A stretch of 64,000 nucleotides of DNA from Octopus sinensis. Its lineage: Eukaryota. The stretch is from the NCBI RefSeq assembly GCF_006345805.1, contig NC_043002.1, positions 21,514,001-21,578,000 of the forward strand. The letters are read 5' to 3'. Below are positions 1 through 12,895 of this stretch, in pieces (position 1 is the first letter of the stretch; each line of letters starts with the position of its first letter). The notes beneath the pieces are model-generated. The model saw nothing but the letters and a program-made list of their open reading frames with translations. It made no database searches and was not told the origin of the DNA. Made by a program: the position numbers and the translations under genes.

Positions 1-984
1 AAGAGTAGAGAGGGAAGTGGCATTATAGTAAAATACGAGATGTTAAAGTAAGTTAAATTTTTCTACAAGATCTAAGTCTCCCAAGTTGTCGTCCATCTAA
101 GTACTATCTTCGCTTGACAGTATTTAATGCCAAGGGTTGAATGAGAACTGGAGTTTTTAGTGTGACATTACTGTTTCAGTTCTGTTTAGTATCTCTGTCA
201 CTGTATTCTGTAGTTTGGTAAATCTGTTAAGGAAATCTCTGTTTTTACGCACATTAGCTCTGTTTGTCCAATCTATGATAAAGCTGTTATCATCCAGTTT
301 TTTTTTTATTTGCACATAGTGTATCTAGGACTACATTACCCAATATTTTATTCCTTTTTAATGTAGGAGAGTATTTTTTCTCAGACTGGTTGACTATAAA
401 GTTTCCTTTGTCGGTTCATTACCTTAAGTAAAAGATTGTGTTAAGATTTTAAAAGCTGTTACAGACATGAACTTTTTTTTTATCTTCATTTGTATTAATG
501 GCTAGCAAAGATCTATAGTGGATTTTATAAACAGAGTACAAGAAAGCCAAGATCTAGCTGTTATTACATTGCAGCTTGGAAATGGAAACTCCAGTTATTG
601 GTAGATTGGTTACATGACCTATGACATTATAGGATCATGTTGCCAGGGAAGATAAACCTGTTTTCATTTTCTTTCATTTCCTTACCACTTCTTTCATCAA
701 CATTTAGTTTCTCTCTCTTTCCTCTGTCTCTGTTTTTTGTTTTTTTTTTGAAATCCCCCTTTTCTCCATTGTTCTCTTCTTTTGGTCTCTTTCTCTTACT
801 CTCTGTCTTTTCTTTGCAGCTTTCTGTTTCTCCTTTTATTTTTTTCTTATTCGTCTCTCTTTGTGTCCCCCACAAGTGTCTTTTCCTATTGTCTCTTCTT
901 TCACCTTTGTCTTTCTCTTTTTTATCTCCTTCTGTACTTCTGTATCATCCCTCTGTCTTTCTTGTCTTTATTTGCCTTCCTTGT

Positions 985-1282
985 CATCATCATCATCGTT
1001 TAACGTCTGCTTTCCATGCTAGCATGGGTTGGACGATTTTGACTGAGGGCTGTTGAACCAGATGGCTGCACCAGGCTCCAATCTTGATCTGGCAGAGTTT
1101 CTACAGCTGGATGCCCTTCTAACGCCAACCACTCCGAGAGTGTAGTGGGTGCTTTTTACGTGCCACCGGCATGGGGGCCAGTCAGGCAGTACTGGCAACG
1201 ACCTTGCCCGAGTCTTTTTACACGTGCCACTGGCACAGGTGCCAGTGAAGTGACATTGGTAACGATCACGCTCGAATGGTGC
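985..1282 (-). mobile_element. 5'-truncated RTE-type LINE 3'UTR (family A) with (TGA)n tail
   Basis: (CAT)n-cgtttaacgtctgctttccatgctagcatgggttggacg...ggatgcccttctaacgccaaccactc...tttttacgtgccac modules; near-identical copies recur throughout the window. Confidence 0.8.
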
Positions 1283-1439
1283 CCCATTCATTCTTTGTCT
1301 CCTCAAAAGTTGTGGTCAAGATCATAATTGCTGAGCTTTCACACACATTCTAATTGTAAATAACAAAATGAAAAATATAAGAAAAAAGAGAAAAATTGAG
1401 GAGAGAAAAAATTTAAATGAAAGTTAAACGAATGAATAC

Positions 1440-1960
1440 AGATGACATGTATTGAGATGGATGAAACTGTATAAAAATTGAAGCATTATGAATGTTAGAT
1501 GAAACTGCATAAAAATGGATGAAAATTCAATAAAAATTAATGCAAAGTGGATAAAAATTGATGAAAATTAGATGAAACAGATGAAACTGCATGACAACAG
1601 ATGAAACTGTATAAAAATTGATGAAAGGCTGATGAAACATGGCTGAAACTATGAGAATGGATGAAACTGTATAAAAATTGACCATATTATATAAATGGTT
1701 GAAAATTGGATAAAAATTAATGTAATGAAAGCTAGATAAAAATTGACAATAATTAGATGAAACATAGATGAAACTGCTTGGAAATGGATGAAACTTTAAA
1801 AATTGATGAAAATTGGAAGAAAACAGGAAAATTAATAGAAATGAATGCAAGCAGGAAAATTTATAGAAAAATTAATGATATGAAGATAAATTGATTAAAA
1901 CAAGCAAATAGACAGACATAAATTGATGAAAATGAATGAGATGAAATAGATGAACCAGAA
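1440..1960. repeat. Degenerate ~10/20-bp minisatellite (gatgaaactgtataaaaatt-like)
   Basis: Repeated gatgaaactg / ataaaaattg units visible throughout. Confidence 0.8.
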
Positions 1961-3977
1961 ATATGATTGGATAGAAAAAAATGAAGATTCAGTGTGTGTG
2001 TGTGTGTGTGTGTGTGTGATTTAACAGATATTTAATTCCAAATTAATCTTTTTAGGTGGGGGTGGGGGTTACTTCTTAATCCTGCTTATCAAATGTAAGC
2101 TACTAGAAAATCTCTAACATCAATAATGTTGCCAGTTTTAAATACTTCCTTGAAGTTCTGTTTTATTAATTTATATAATGTATTGTTTGTTTTAGTTGTA
2201 GGGTCTGTGATGGTGCTGGGGAATTTAAAAACAATTGTGAATTTTAACCTTTACTTCCTCATCTTTTTTGTGGGGTGGGGGTGTTGAGGTACATGGTGGC
2301 TGGATTTATTTTGTATTAATTGGTTTTTTTTTTTATATTCAGAGGTCTTTTTGTTTTTGGTGGAGATTTGTTGTTGACTAGACAGGATGGATTTGAATAT
2401 TCTTATCACTGTTGGCTTGACTGCCTTCACCTGATGTGTCAGAAGAAGATTGTGGTTGATGTGTGATTTTTAAAAAGTGATTAAGTGAAAGCAGAGCACA
2501 AATCGAATCAAAACAAAGCAAATGAGGCAAAGCAACAGATTTTTTTTTTCCAAATTCCTAATGGTTTTGTTGCCACTTTCGTAACCCTAACCCTCAATAA
2601 CAAAGATCTCTCACAAAGGTGTAACCAACCACCATTAAGCTACAACCATACTTGAGTGATCTTTTATAAAGCTTCACAGCTCCAGTCTGTTAAACTGCTC
2701 ACACACACACACACACACATAGAGTTAAATAACATCTGTCATGCAGTGTTGAGAGTTTTTGATTTTATTTTTAATGTTTTAATTCTTCAAAATTTTATTT
2801 TGCATATTTCATTCTGTCTTTTGCTTGCTCTATCTCTTTCTTTCTTTCCTTCCTTCTTTCTTTTTTCTTTCTTTCTTTCTTTCTCTTCTTCTTTCTCTCT
2901 CTCTTGCTCTCTCTTTCCATTGTCTTGTGCATTTTTATCCTTACTCCTTCCCCTCTCTGTTTCCCTCTCCCACACTCTCCCTGATACAAAAGATAGATTG
3001 ATAAATAAAGAGAGAGAGAGAGAGAGGGAAAGAAAGAACTTGATAGAGATAGCTTTATAAGTAGATAAATTAACAAGCACTTCTCACTTAAACCCAAGTC
3101 CACAATTTTTGACAAAATATAGTTGGTTAAAATCAGCCCCAGTACTTGACTGGTATTACTTGATCCTATCAACTCCATCCTGGAAAGATGAATGTCAAAG
3201 GGAGAGGAGAGAAGATAGTAATTCAGTGAAGGAGAAGTAGTGAGAGTAATTGCCATGACTGAGAGGGAGTGAGAGAAAGTAATAGCAATGAGAGAGAGGA
3301 AGTGGCAAAGAGAGCATCATGTATCTTCTACTTTAAGAATAACTATTATAATACTTTTGTGTATTTCTCCATCACAACATATGAATGAGAAAGGAAGGGG
3401 TGGAAGTGGGATGATGAAAATCAACAGTGAAACAAAAATCAAACAGCGTTTCAACTCTGTGTCAGTATATGCGTGTGTGTGTGTAAAAGGGAGGAATGGT
3501 AATGTTTGCATATGTGTATGTGTTTGTGTAAAATATATTTATATATTTGAGTGTTTGTGTATGTTTATTTAGAAAGTTACATAGAAAATAGAATTACAGG
3601 CACGTGCATTTACACATACACACACACACATGTAAATATATATATATATATATATGTAAACAGACTCACTTAAAAAGGAAGGAAGTGGGCTGTGACAAAG
3701 TATAGAAAACCATGTTCGCTACAGACTGTGCTACTCATACATATAAATGTACACACACACACTAACACTCATACAAAGTCGACGCACTGTTTGATTTTCT
3801 TTTTTCCATCTTTTTGTACTCGTTTAATATATAAAATACTACAATTAGTTGTCATTTTTGACGGCACGAGGTCAGCTAGTAATAATAATAATAAAAATGA
3901 TACTTTCTTCATTGGCCTAATGGGCTGACAAAAACATTTAGGACATTACAAAGACAAAGGACAATGGGGATTATACA

Positions 3978-4221
3978 CATCATCATCATCATCATCATCA
4001 TCGTTTAACGTCCGTTTTCCGCGCTAGCACGGGTTGGACGGTTTGACCGGGGTCTGGGGAGCAGGGACTGCCCCAGGCTCCAGTCTGATCTGGCAGTTTT
4101 TTCTACAGCTGGATGCCCTTCCTAACGCCAACCACTCCGCGAGTGTAGTGGGTGCTTTTTATGTGCCACCTGCACAGGTGCCAGAGGGGTCTGGCATCGG
4201 CCACGATCGGTTATTGCCTTT
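3978..4221 (-). mobile_element. RTE-type LINE 3'UTR (family A), CpG-rich young variant
   Basis: (CAT)n tail then cgtttaacgtccgttttccgcgctagcacgggttggacgg...ggatgcccttcctaacgccaaccac. Confidence 0.8.
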
Positions 4222-5703
4222 TTTCGTTGCATTGCGGCAGGGGGGGAGGGTTCCGGCAGAGAGGAGAGAGGGAGAGAGAGTGGTAGGGGGTGCATGTAAT
4301 ATAGGGGAGCACCAGTGGGGAAGGTTTGGGGTAAAGAGAAACGATGACAGGTAGGGTTGGTGGCAGGTTCTAGACAGAATGAAAAGTAGGAAGTAAAACG
4401 TAGGATATCAAGAGTGGGGGAGGGGGCTGGAAGGAGATAGCCGGTTGAGGCAGTGACACATTTCAAAACAGGAGGAACATAAGATAACAGGTTAAGTGGG
4501 ACGTTTGATGAGCTGCAGCGCTAGCTGCTTCTGTCCAGGGGGAGAGAGGCAGGGGTAAAATACATAATGAGAAAGTATATTGAGGAGGAGGGGTAGGAGG
4601 AACAGACACACGTAGCGGTGGCGGTGGTAGAGGGGATATCTGGTGAGGATGGTGTAAACAGAGTGTTCTCCGGTATGGGTGGTGGGGGTGGGAGGGCGGG
4701 CGAACCGCGAACGAATGGCGGGCTGCGAAGATTTTGATTGGGGACAGTAGACTTAAAACAATTGGGGTTTGAAGAAATGAACAGAGTAACGAACAAATTA
4801 ACTTGGTACCGAGGGGATAAACAAATTAAAGGGTTATATTTTAAGAACAAGCAGAATTAGTGAATAGATTCGAACATTTAAGGGTTAGCAGCAAATGTAT
4901 GTGTGTAGTACAAGAGTCAGGAAGAGATGAAATGAGAATTCTTAGCTTGCTTGCTATGATCATCGCTGTGTGGTCAAGAAGGGGTGAATGAAAGATAAGC
5001 ACACGAGGTGATTATTTATATAGGTTCACCGGAAGTGGGTTGGAAAGACTGTAAATAATAATAGCAATGACCTCTGAAGAACGATGTTGGTTAATGTAGT
5101 CTAAGACACTTTTTAAAATGTAATCATGTCATAATGACACTTGGAATACTTCTGATCTTAGGCCAGTTCATTCATTTGATCTGGTGGCTAAACTGGTGGC
5201 TAAACAACTGGTGGCTAAACAATATGAGTAGCATTTTTCTTAATGTCCATTTTTTTTTACCTTTGTATGATTGGCCGGGTTGGACTGGATTGGATATGAT
5301 AGGTCTATAATGCAATATAGCGTCTCTCCTTACAACATCCTCACTCCTGATTCTACTTCATATTTTTTTTTATTTTACATCTTTTAAAGACTAATCTGGA
5401 ATTCTATTCACCGCAAGCAATGTCTACAGTTAGCAGACAGCACGACTTTGCCAGTTGTTCACCAAGCTGGTGTTATCTATTTACAATCAATAATAATTAC
5501 ACACAAATATATTTATATATATATATGTATATAATCCATAATCGTTAGTCTGACAAAATTTATTTTGGTGAACTGATGATTACAGATTAATTATTTTTAT
5601 TCACTCTCAGATTTATTTTGAGTTCTTTATTCTAAGTGATCAGACATAGCTTCTTTTGAATTGGTAACACCTGGAATATACATACATACATATATATATA
5701 TAT

Positions 5704-5931
5704 ATCTGGAAATGTAATATGTGACAATTATCCGGCCATCGGAAAAAATTTTTTCCGATAGCCAGAAAGATGAAGAGATAGCGGCGTGGATTTCCACCCC
5801 AACATCCGAAAGTCGTTGTTTTATCATGGCTACCAAATAATTGTCACATACTACATTTACAGATAAATTCCTCTATTTACATAATATTGAGGTCTCTTTC
5901 ATTCTTTTGTTGTCTTACCATTTTTATCAAT
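5704..5931. mobile_element. Hairpin-rich element between (TA)n tracts (possibly Penelope-like relic)
   Basis: 28-bp inverted repeat 5704-5731/5837-5864 (2 mismatches) enclosing a 36-bp near-perfect palindrome 5731-5766; CpG-rich; (TA)n on both sides. Confidence 0.5.
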
Positions 5932-5940
5932 ATATATATA

Positions 5941-6512
5941 TCATCATCATCATTGTTCGACCGTGGTCGAGACAATGGAATTTACCATGCTACACCAGTC
6001 TTCACGGTTCATCATAGCATTACGGAGGTCCTGTTGCTGGATGCCTGTATCCCTGGAGATTACATCAGGGTAGGAGAGTGTGCGCCCTCTGGTATTGCGA
6101 GTAGATGGCTTCCAGAGGAGAAGAGGAGAAATTGCCTCGTTTTCAGCTCTACAACAATGTCCAGCAAACTGGACTCTCCTACCTTTCACAAGAGATGACA
6201 CAGGTGGTAGTTTCCCATATATTTGCATTTTGGTTGGATGACGCTTCCACGAGAGATTTTGAGCTCTCATAAGGAGGCGAGTGTAGGTTCCATCCAACTG
6301 CCTCTCAAGCTTCTTTGATAATGTCCAGGTTTCTGAGCCATATAGTAGAATTGGTTCGACTGTGGCTTTAAAGATTTCAAGTTTGAAGTCTCTACTTAGA
6401 TTTGATGACCAGATCTTATGCATGCCATTACAGGCTGACCAGGCCATACCCTTTCTAGTTATAAAATCTTTTCCAGATGATGATATGTATGACCCAAGAT
6501 GTTTGTAATCAG
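5941..6512 (-). mobile_element. 5'-truncated non-LTR retrotransposon (RTE/RTE-X-like), C-terminal RT region, open frame
   Basis: ORF 5950..6585 contains YKHLGSYI, AWSACNGMHKIW, FKATVEPILLYGSETWTL, RRVQFAGHCCR; stop codon runs directly into a (TGA)n tail. Confidence 0.9.
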
Positions 6513-6779
6513 AAACCATATGTATGTGAAAGAGAGGATTACAGGGGATACATAAAGTACTGGAGCATATCAAAGAGGGAAGCATGCTACAGTTATTGGC
6601 TAGACAGAATGATGCAAATCAGACAGTTAAGTAATCCATTACTATGGCACGAAATGTATTGATGAAGGGAAGTTCACCATTGTTTGGTAACCCACAGCTC
6701 CAGTAGTTAGTATTATCCAAAAGTATCCAATGATTAATGGAATCATATGTCTGGTGTGAAACAAAGAAAAACAGGTGAA

Positions 6780-7586
6780 TGACAAAAATTACATATGAGG
6801 AGTTTTATGACAGTTATATAATTTTTTTTATTTATTTTGATTTTTTGTTTCTATTATATATTTTTATTATACACTTGTTAAAATATTATTTATGCTCACA
6901 CTTACAAACATAAACATATTTAATTCAGCCTGTTCTAGGATCTAAAACTGATCGTATGTAATTTTTGTCAAATATTTCCCTGATGAGATTCTTACTCTAA
7001 AACATGAATGTTTGTAAATTAAACAAAAATGAAAAGAAAATGGAGATTTACGATATTTTAATTTATTAACATAATATTATATTAGGATGATATAATATAA
7101 TATAAATACTACAATCATACGATTATTTTGATTCAGCCCCAATAATGAGTTTATAAAAATTCATGTTTTTGGTTCAGAATCTCATCAGGCAAATATTTGA
7201 CAAAAATTACATATGTGGAGTTTTAGATTCTAGAATAGACTGAATTGAATATGTTTATGCTTGTTTGTTAGTGTGAACGTCAATAATTTAAAATAATATA
7301 TATAATAAAAGAAAAATCAAAATTAATAAAAAAAATTAATAAATACTAATATAATGGTCATAAAACTCCTCATATGTAATTTTTGTCAAATATTTCCCTG
7401 ATGAGATTCTTATCCAAAAACATGAGTTTTTATAAATTCATTATTGGGTCTGAAACTAAAAAATTGTAAGATGATAATATTTATATTTTATTATATTATA
7501 TTATATCACATTATATAATAATAATAATATATTATGTTAATAAATTAGAATATGTCCATCATAAATTTCCATTTTCTTTTCATTTT

Positions 7587-7589
<3 letters not shown>
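6780..7589. repeat. Nested inverted-repeat concatemer M-/X/M+/Y/M-/X(rc)/M+/Y(rc)
   Basis: ~77-bp module M at 6780-6806(-, partial), 6944-7020(+), 7148-7224(-), 7362-7438(+); spacer X 6807-6943 recurs reverse-complemented at 7225-7361; spacer Y 7021-7147 recurs reverse-complemented at 7439-7589. Confidence 0.85.
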
Positions 7590-7635
<46 letters not shown>

Positions 7636-7764
7636 GTATATATGAGTACATAACTATATTTAATTTCATATGTACACACACAGACACATGCACATACATG
7701 ATATGTATGTGTATGAATGTATGCTGATGTATGCCTATGTGTGTGAGTGTGTATATATACATAT

Positions 7765-7819
<55 letters not shown>

Positions 7820-8033
7820 GTGTGTGTATATATATATATATATTTGTGTGTGTATATATATATATATTTGTGTGTGTATATTATATATATATATATTTGT
7901 GTGTGTATATATATATATATATTTGTGTGTGTGTATATATATATATATATTTGTGTGTGTATATATATATATATTTGTGTGTGTATATATATATATATTT
8001 GTGTGTGTATATATATATATATTTGTGTGTGTG

Positions 8034-8114
<81 letters not shown>

Positions 8115-8145
8115 CGTGCATTGTGTATGTATGTATGTATGTATA
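7589..8145. repeat. Compound (TA)n/(TG)n microsatellite with ~22-bp higher-order unit (tttgtgtgtgtatatatatata)
   Basis: Directly visible; explains the YI/CV-repeat ORFs. Confidence 0.95.
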
Positions 8146-8869
8146 CATTTCATATTCTTTTTTGTTGAATTAACCATATAGAATTACTACATACTCACAC
8201 ACACATACACACACACAATGAAATGTTTTTTTATATTGATAGTCTTGAAATATCCACACTTCTAAAGTCATATGGTTTCTGGCAGGAGGATAAAAGCGAG
8301 ATAAAAAACGGTTCTGGTTGTCATCGTCATCATCGCTGTAGTAGTGTTGAGGGTGGCAGTACTTTATATTTGTGATGTAATGATATATATGTTTTATAAT
8401 TGCCTTGCAGTATATCTCTCTGTTTCATCTTTGGTTGCTTCTTGCACTTCTCTCTTTCTCTCTCTGTGTAAAGGAAGAAATTTTCTTTCATGTCATTAAC
8501 TCTCCTGAAGTATATTTGTAGCACAGTGTGTTCCGTTCTGTGATATCTCTTTGATACACCATGTTATTTTGTATTGCATCTCTGCTATAGCTAGTTTCAG
8601 TGAAAGTATCAATTTTAAGGCAATCTATATTAAAGCAGGGTATATTTCCATTAAATCTTAAATTGCCTAATACTTGTATAATTTGCTAATCGCATGGTAG
8701 GCTCGATTTGCTGAAGAGGTCTAATAATGCTGAAACATGCCCTGAATTTTCATAATTTCTTACTGTATGTCTTCATTTAACTTTTATTCGATTACAATTT
8801 TACATATATCTGCGTTGCTCCTCCTGACAAAAATTATCATTAAGACTAATGATTTTTCTTTTCATTATA

Positions 8870-9281
8870 TCTCTTTTACTCTTTTACTTGTTTCAGTCAT
8901 TTGACTGTGGCCATGCTGGAGCACTGCCTTTAGTCAAACAAATCGACCCCAAGACTTATTCTTTGTAAGCCTAGTATTTATTCTATCGGTCTTTTTTGCC
9001 AAAATGTTAAGTTACGGGGACGTAAACACACCAGCATCGGTTGTCAAGTGATGTTCTGGGGGACAGATAAAGACACACAAACACACACACTCACTCATAC
9101 ATATATACATATACATATATACGACAGGCTTCTTTTAGTTTCCGTCCACTAAATCCACTCACAAGGCTTTGGTCGGCCCGAGGCTATAGTACAAGATGCC
9201 CAAGGTGCCATGCAGTGGGACTGAACCCAGAACCATGTGGTTGGTAAGCAAGCTACTTACCACACAGCCACTCCTGTCCCT
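8870..9281 (-). mobile_element. tRNA-headed CORE-like SINE (family B)
   Basis: Reverse complement of the copies at 18731 and 24041; tail cttttacttgtttcagtcatttgactg. Confidence 0.85.
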
Positions 9282-10784
9282 GTATATGTGTATTTTCATT
9301 TGATGAAAAATTACTTCTGAATCACTTATTAGCCTGCACTTAACAAACTGCGTTTCTGTTATGGCTACCTGTAGTGTGGTAGAAGTAGTGTAGTGTAGTG
9401 TCACTTTTAATGCAAGTTATATCTTGGTGTATCTCCACTGTCCATGCATGGCCCTGTGGCTATCTTAGAAATATCCTCATGAAACAAGGCTGGGGTAAGT
9501 ATCTGTGATGATGTTGATGACACTCTCAAGAACATAAAATGGTTAATCTTTATTCATATTATCTTCAGTTGCTGTCATTGTTTTTTAGTCCCTGGGTATG
9601 TCCACATCCAACAGACCTCTGATAAAAAGCTATCTCATCCATGATCATCCATCTTTTATTCAAACACAGTATATCAAGTGGAATGAGGGGAATAAGTGAC
9701 AGACAGTGGGACAATGTGAATGATTATAACAGGTAGACAAAATTTTGAAAGGTGACGGACAAAGTGTAAACACAGGCAAAAAATTAACTATAGAAGTTGT
9801 GCACAATGAGTAGCATGCCAGTAAAAGGAAAGGAAATGGAAGTAGACAGATGTTCCGGGTGAACTCTTTATCAAAGTAGGAGCAAGGTAAGAGAAATGAG
9901 AAAGAAACAAGGAAAGAAACAATACCCATTTGAAGTATATGTGTGTCTTTTGCTTAGAATCTTGTAGTCATATCTATGACTACACACATACACACACACA
10001 TTAAATTTAATCATGCATACTTATTCATAGAATAAGAATCTGTCTATTGCCTGCATAACATTCGAATTTTCTGCTAGCAGGTTGGTAGTGTTGCTGCTGC
10101 TGATGATGGTACTTGTGATGGGAATGATGATATGATATGGTGTGTGATGGTGGGGGTTTAGTGTGGGTGGCACTGGTACTAGCGACGCTTTTGTTGCATC
10201 CCATGCATCTACCGTCAAAACAGTTTTTTTGTGTTGTATATCTAATGTCATCTCATAGCTTCATTTCATGTTGCGCCAACCAACGCAGCAAATTCCTCCT
10301 TGTAATGTTGAAGTAAAAAAAAAGAAATCCTTTGTTGTCAAGTCTCAATGAATTATTTTCCACATTCAGCTATAATTCTTTACGTGTTGGTTGCAGAAAT
10401 ATATACTCTGCTTGGGAAGAAAATGAACTGATGCTATTTTTTGCTTTTGATACTTGGAAATTTTTTCTTGTCGCAGACGTCTTTCATTTTTGATGTTTGC
10501 TGTAAAAAAATTTCTTGATTGTCTCTCTTTTATTGTTATTTTCATTAGTGTTGCTCCAGCATGGTCTTAGTCCCATGATTGAAACTAGTAAAAGAATATT
10601 GTTAGGTCTGTGGATTGACAGAATTGTTAGTGTCAGACACAATGCTTTGCAGTATTTTATTCCAGATCTTTGTATTTTGAGTTCAATTCTGGTCAAAGTC
10701 ATCTTTGCCTTTTATTCTTCCAGGGTTTGATAAAATAAAGTACAAGTCAAATACTGCAGTTGATTTATTTGACTGCCACCTTCC

Positions 10785-10976
10785 TGATGCCAGAGGCATG
10801 AAAAAGCACCTTGTACACTCTGTGAAGTGGTTGGCATTAGGAAAGGCATCGTAGAAACCATGCCAAAAATGACATTGGAGCTTGCTGCAGCCCTGCAGCT
10901 CGCAGATTCCTTGTCAAACCATCCTACAAATGCCAACATAAAGAGCAGATGTTAGATGATGGTGATGATGATGATA
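10785..10976 (+). mobile_element. Degenerate family A RTE 3'UTR
   Basis: gtggttggcattaggaaaggcatc...gatgatggtgatgatgat tail. Confidence 0.6.
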
Positions 10977-11518
10977 TTTATGTGAAATATTGGGAAAGGA
11001 GAGAAGTGAATGGTGCTGTAATATTAACAAGAATGTGTTGTTATTTCATTAATGCAGTTTGTATTAAGCAGGCATGTGTATATATGGGCCTTGCCAGTTT
11101 ATGTATCATAATCATTGTTGTTTTATATTCACTTTCTATGCTGGCTTTGATTGGATAGGTAGCCATGGTCTGAGATACTGCCTGCCTAGATGAGCAGCTT
11201 GCATGCTCATATCGGTTTTTGGCTTGGTTCCTATGACTGGATGCCCTTCCTATCACCATCAGCTCAAAAAACTTAAAAGAATGTATTAGGTGCATATTTT
11301 ATCATCGCATCAGCATTGAGAGGTTGTCATATCTTTGTTGAGACTAAAGAACCCTTTCAACCCTATGTACTCCCTGCTCATTCACCAACCACTTTACAGG
11401 TTACTTGGTGCATTTTGTCATGGCATCAGCACCAGAGAGGTAGTCATACCTTCTCTGTCTTACATTGTATTTATAATTGTGGGTGCATATTTGCATATAT
11501 GTGTGTGTCTGTTATATA

Positions 11519-11631
11519 TATGGTTAAGAAGCTTGCTTTCCAATCATGGTCTTGGGTTCTGTGACCCGCTGCACAGTACTTAGGGTACTTCTGAGTGGGT
11601 TTGGTAGATGGGAGTTAAAAGAAGCCCATCA

Positions 11632-11662
<31 letters not shown>

Positions 11663-11900
11663 CTGTATCTCTGTTGAGACATTACTTGATGATCGTAAAT
11701 GAGCCTTATCATTATACAAATGAGGTCGTGCATTTCCAGTCTTCTGTGAAAAGCATGTCAAGTTATGGGAAAACATTACCTTACTTAGAAATATATGAAG
11801 GTTGGAGACAAGAAGAGCATCTGTCTGTAAAAAATCTGCTTTGATAAATTCAGTCTGAGCCATGCAGTTATGGAAAGTGGATGTTCAATGATGATTTTGA
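11519..11900 (+). mobile_element. SINE family B' (B head plus RTE-type tail), degenerate
   Basis: tggttaagaagcttgctttccaatcatgg head, (TG)n hinge, then ...gagcatctgtctgtaaaaaatctgc...atggaaagtggatgttcaatgatgat. Confidence 0.65.
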
Positions 11901-11907
11901 TGGTATA

Positions 11908-12195
11908 TCATCATCGTCATCATCATTTAATGTTCATTTTCCATGCTATCATGGGTTGGACAGTTTGACTGGAGCTGGCCAGCTGCACCAGGCTCCAGTT
12001 GTCTGTCTTGGTTTGGTTTCTAAAGCTGAATGCTTTTCCTATTGTCAACCACTTTATAGAGTGTACTGGGTGCTTTTTTTATGTGGTCCTGGTACAGGTG
12101 CTTCTTATGTGGCACCAGCACAAGTGCTTTTTATATGGCACCAGCACAGGTGCTTTTTACTTGGTATTAGCATGTGTGCTTTTCACGTAGTACTA
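11908..12195 (-). mobile_element. Degenerate family A RTE 3'UTR
   Basis: (CAT)n-tttaatgttcattttccatgctatcatgggttggac; repeated gtggcaccagcacaggtgctttt modules. Confidence 0.7.
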
Positions 12196-12633
12196 GAACT
12201 TGGCAGTTTCAGCTGGGTTGGTATCAAAAGGGTTAAGTTATTAATCTGTTTCTGTGGGCAGAAGATGGATATTCTTCTTTTGATATAGGTCTAAGAAGAC
12301 TTGAAACAAGTCAGACTGATCTCCTGTTCTCTGCTCACAAAGAGATAAAAAAAAAATCTATGATGAAACTCTTTAGATTACATTTTACAGTGAGTCTAAA
12401 ATTGTATGCTTATTTAAAAACTAATGTATGCCTTAAAAGTATGTGTGAAATTATCAAAGAAAATAATGCTGTCTAATGAGTTTTATATATCTATATATAT
12501 CTATACACACACATATATGCACACACACATATATATATATATAACACATATACATACATAGAGAGAAAGAGAGAAAAATATCTATATTTGTGTGTATGTG
12601 TGTGTGTGTATATATATATGTATATATAAATGC

Positions 12634-12677
<44 letters not shown>

Positions 12678-12847
12678 GTTCAAATGTGCATATATGTAGA
12701 CATGCATTTATGCCATGCATATGCATGTATGCACCTATATATAGTAATGTCTATACAGTTGTAAGTACAAATATATATAGTCACACACACACACACACAA
12801 ACGTGTGCACAAACACAAAGCATATATTTGCAAGTGCACACTCATGC

Positions 12848-12895
<48 letters not shown>

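Noticed and set aside
627-1056. Hydrophobic F/L/S-rich 'membrane' ORFs (also 2656-3256, 51951-52624)
   Set aside because: CT-rich low-complexity tracts lacking stop codons
1440-1960. Possible CRISPR-like array
   Set aside because: Contiguous degenerate tandem units with no unique spacers, no cas genes and a eukaryotic context
2582-2594. Telomeric (TAACCC)2
   Set aside because: Only two units, expected by chance
7545-8177. Long YI/CV/HT-repeat ORFs (also 12454-13038, 27057-27596, 54968-55463)
   Set aside because: Translations of (TA)n/(TG)n/(CA)n microsatellites, not proteins
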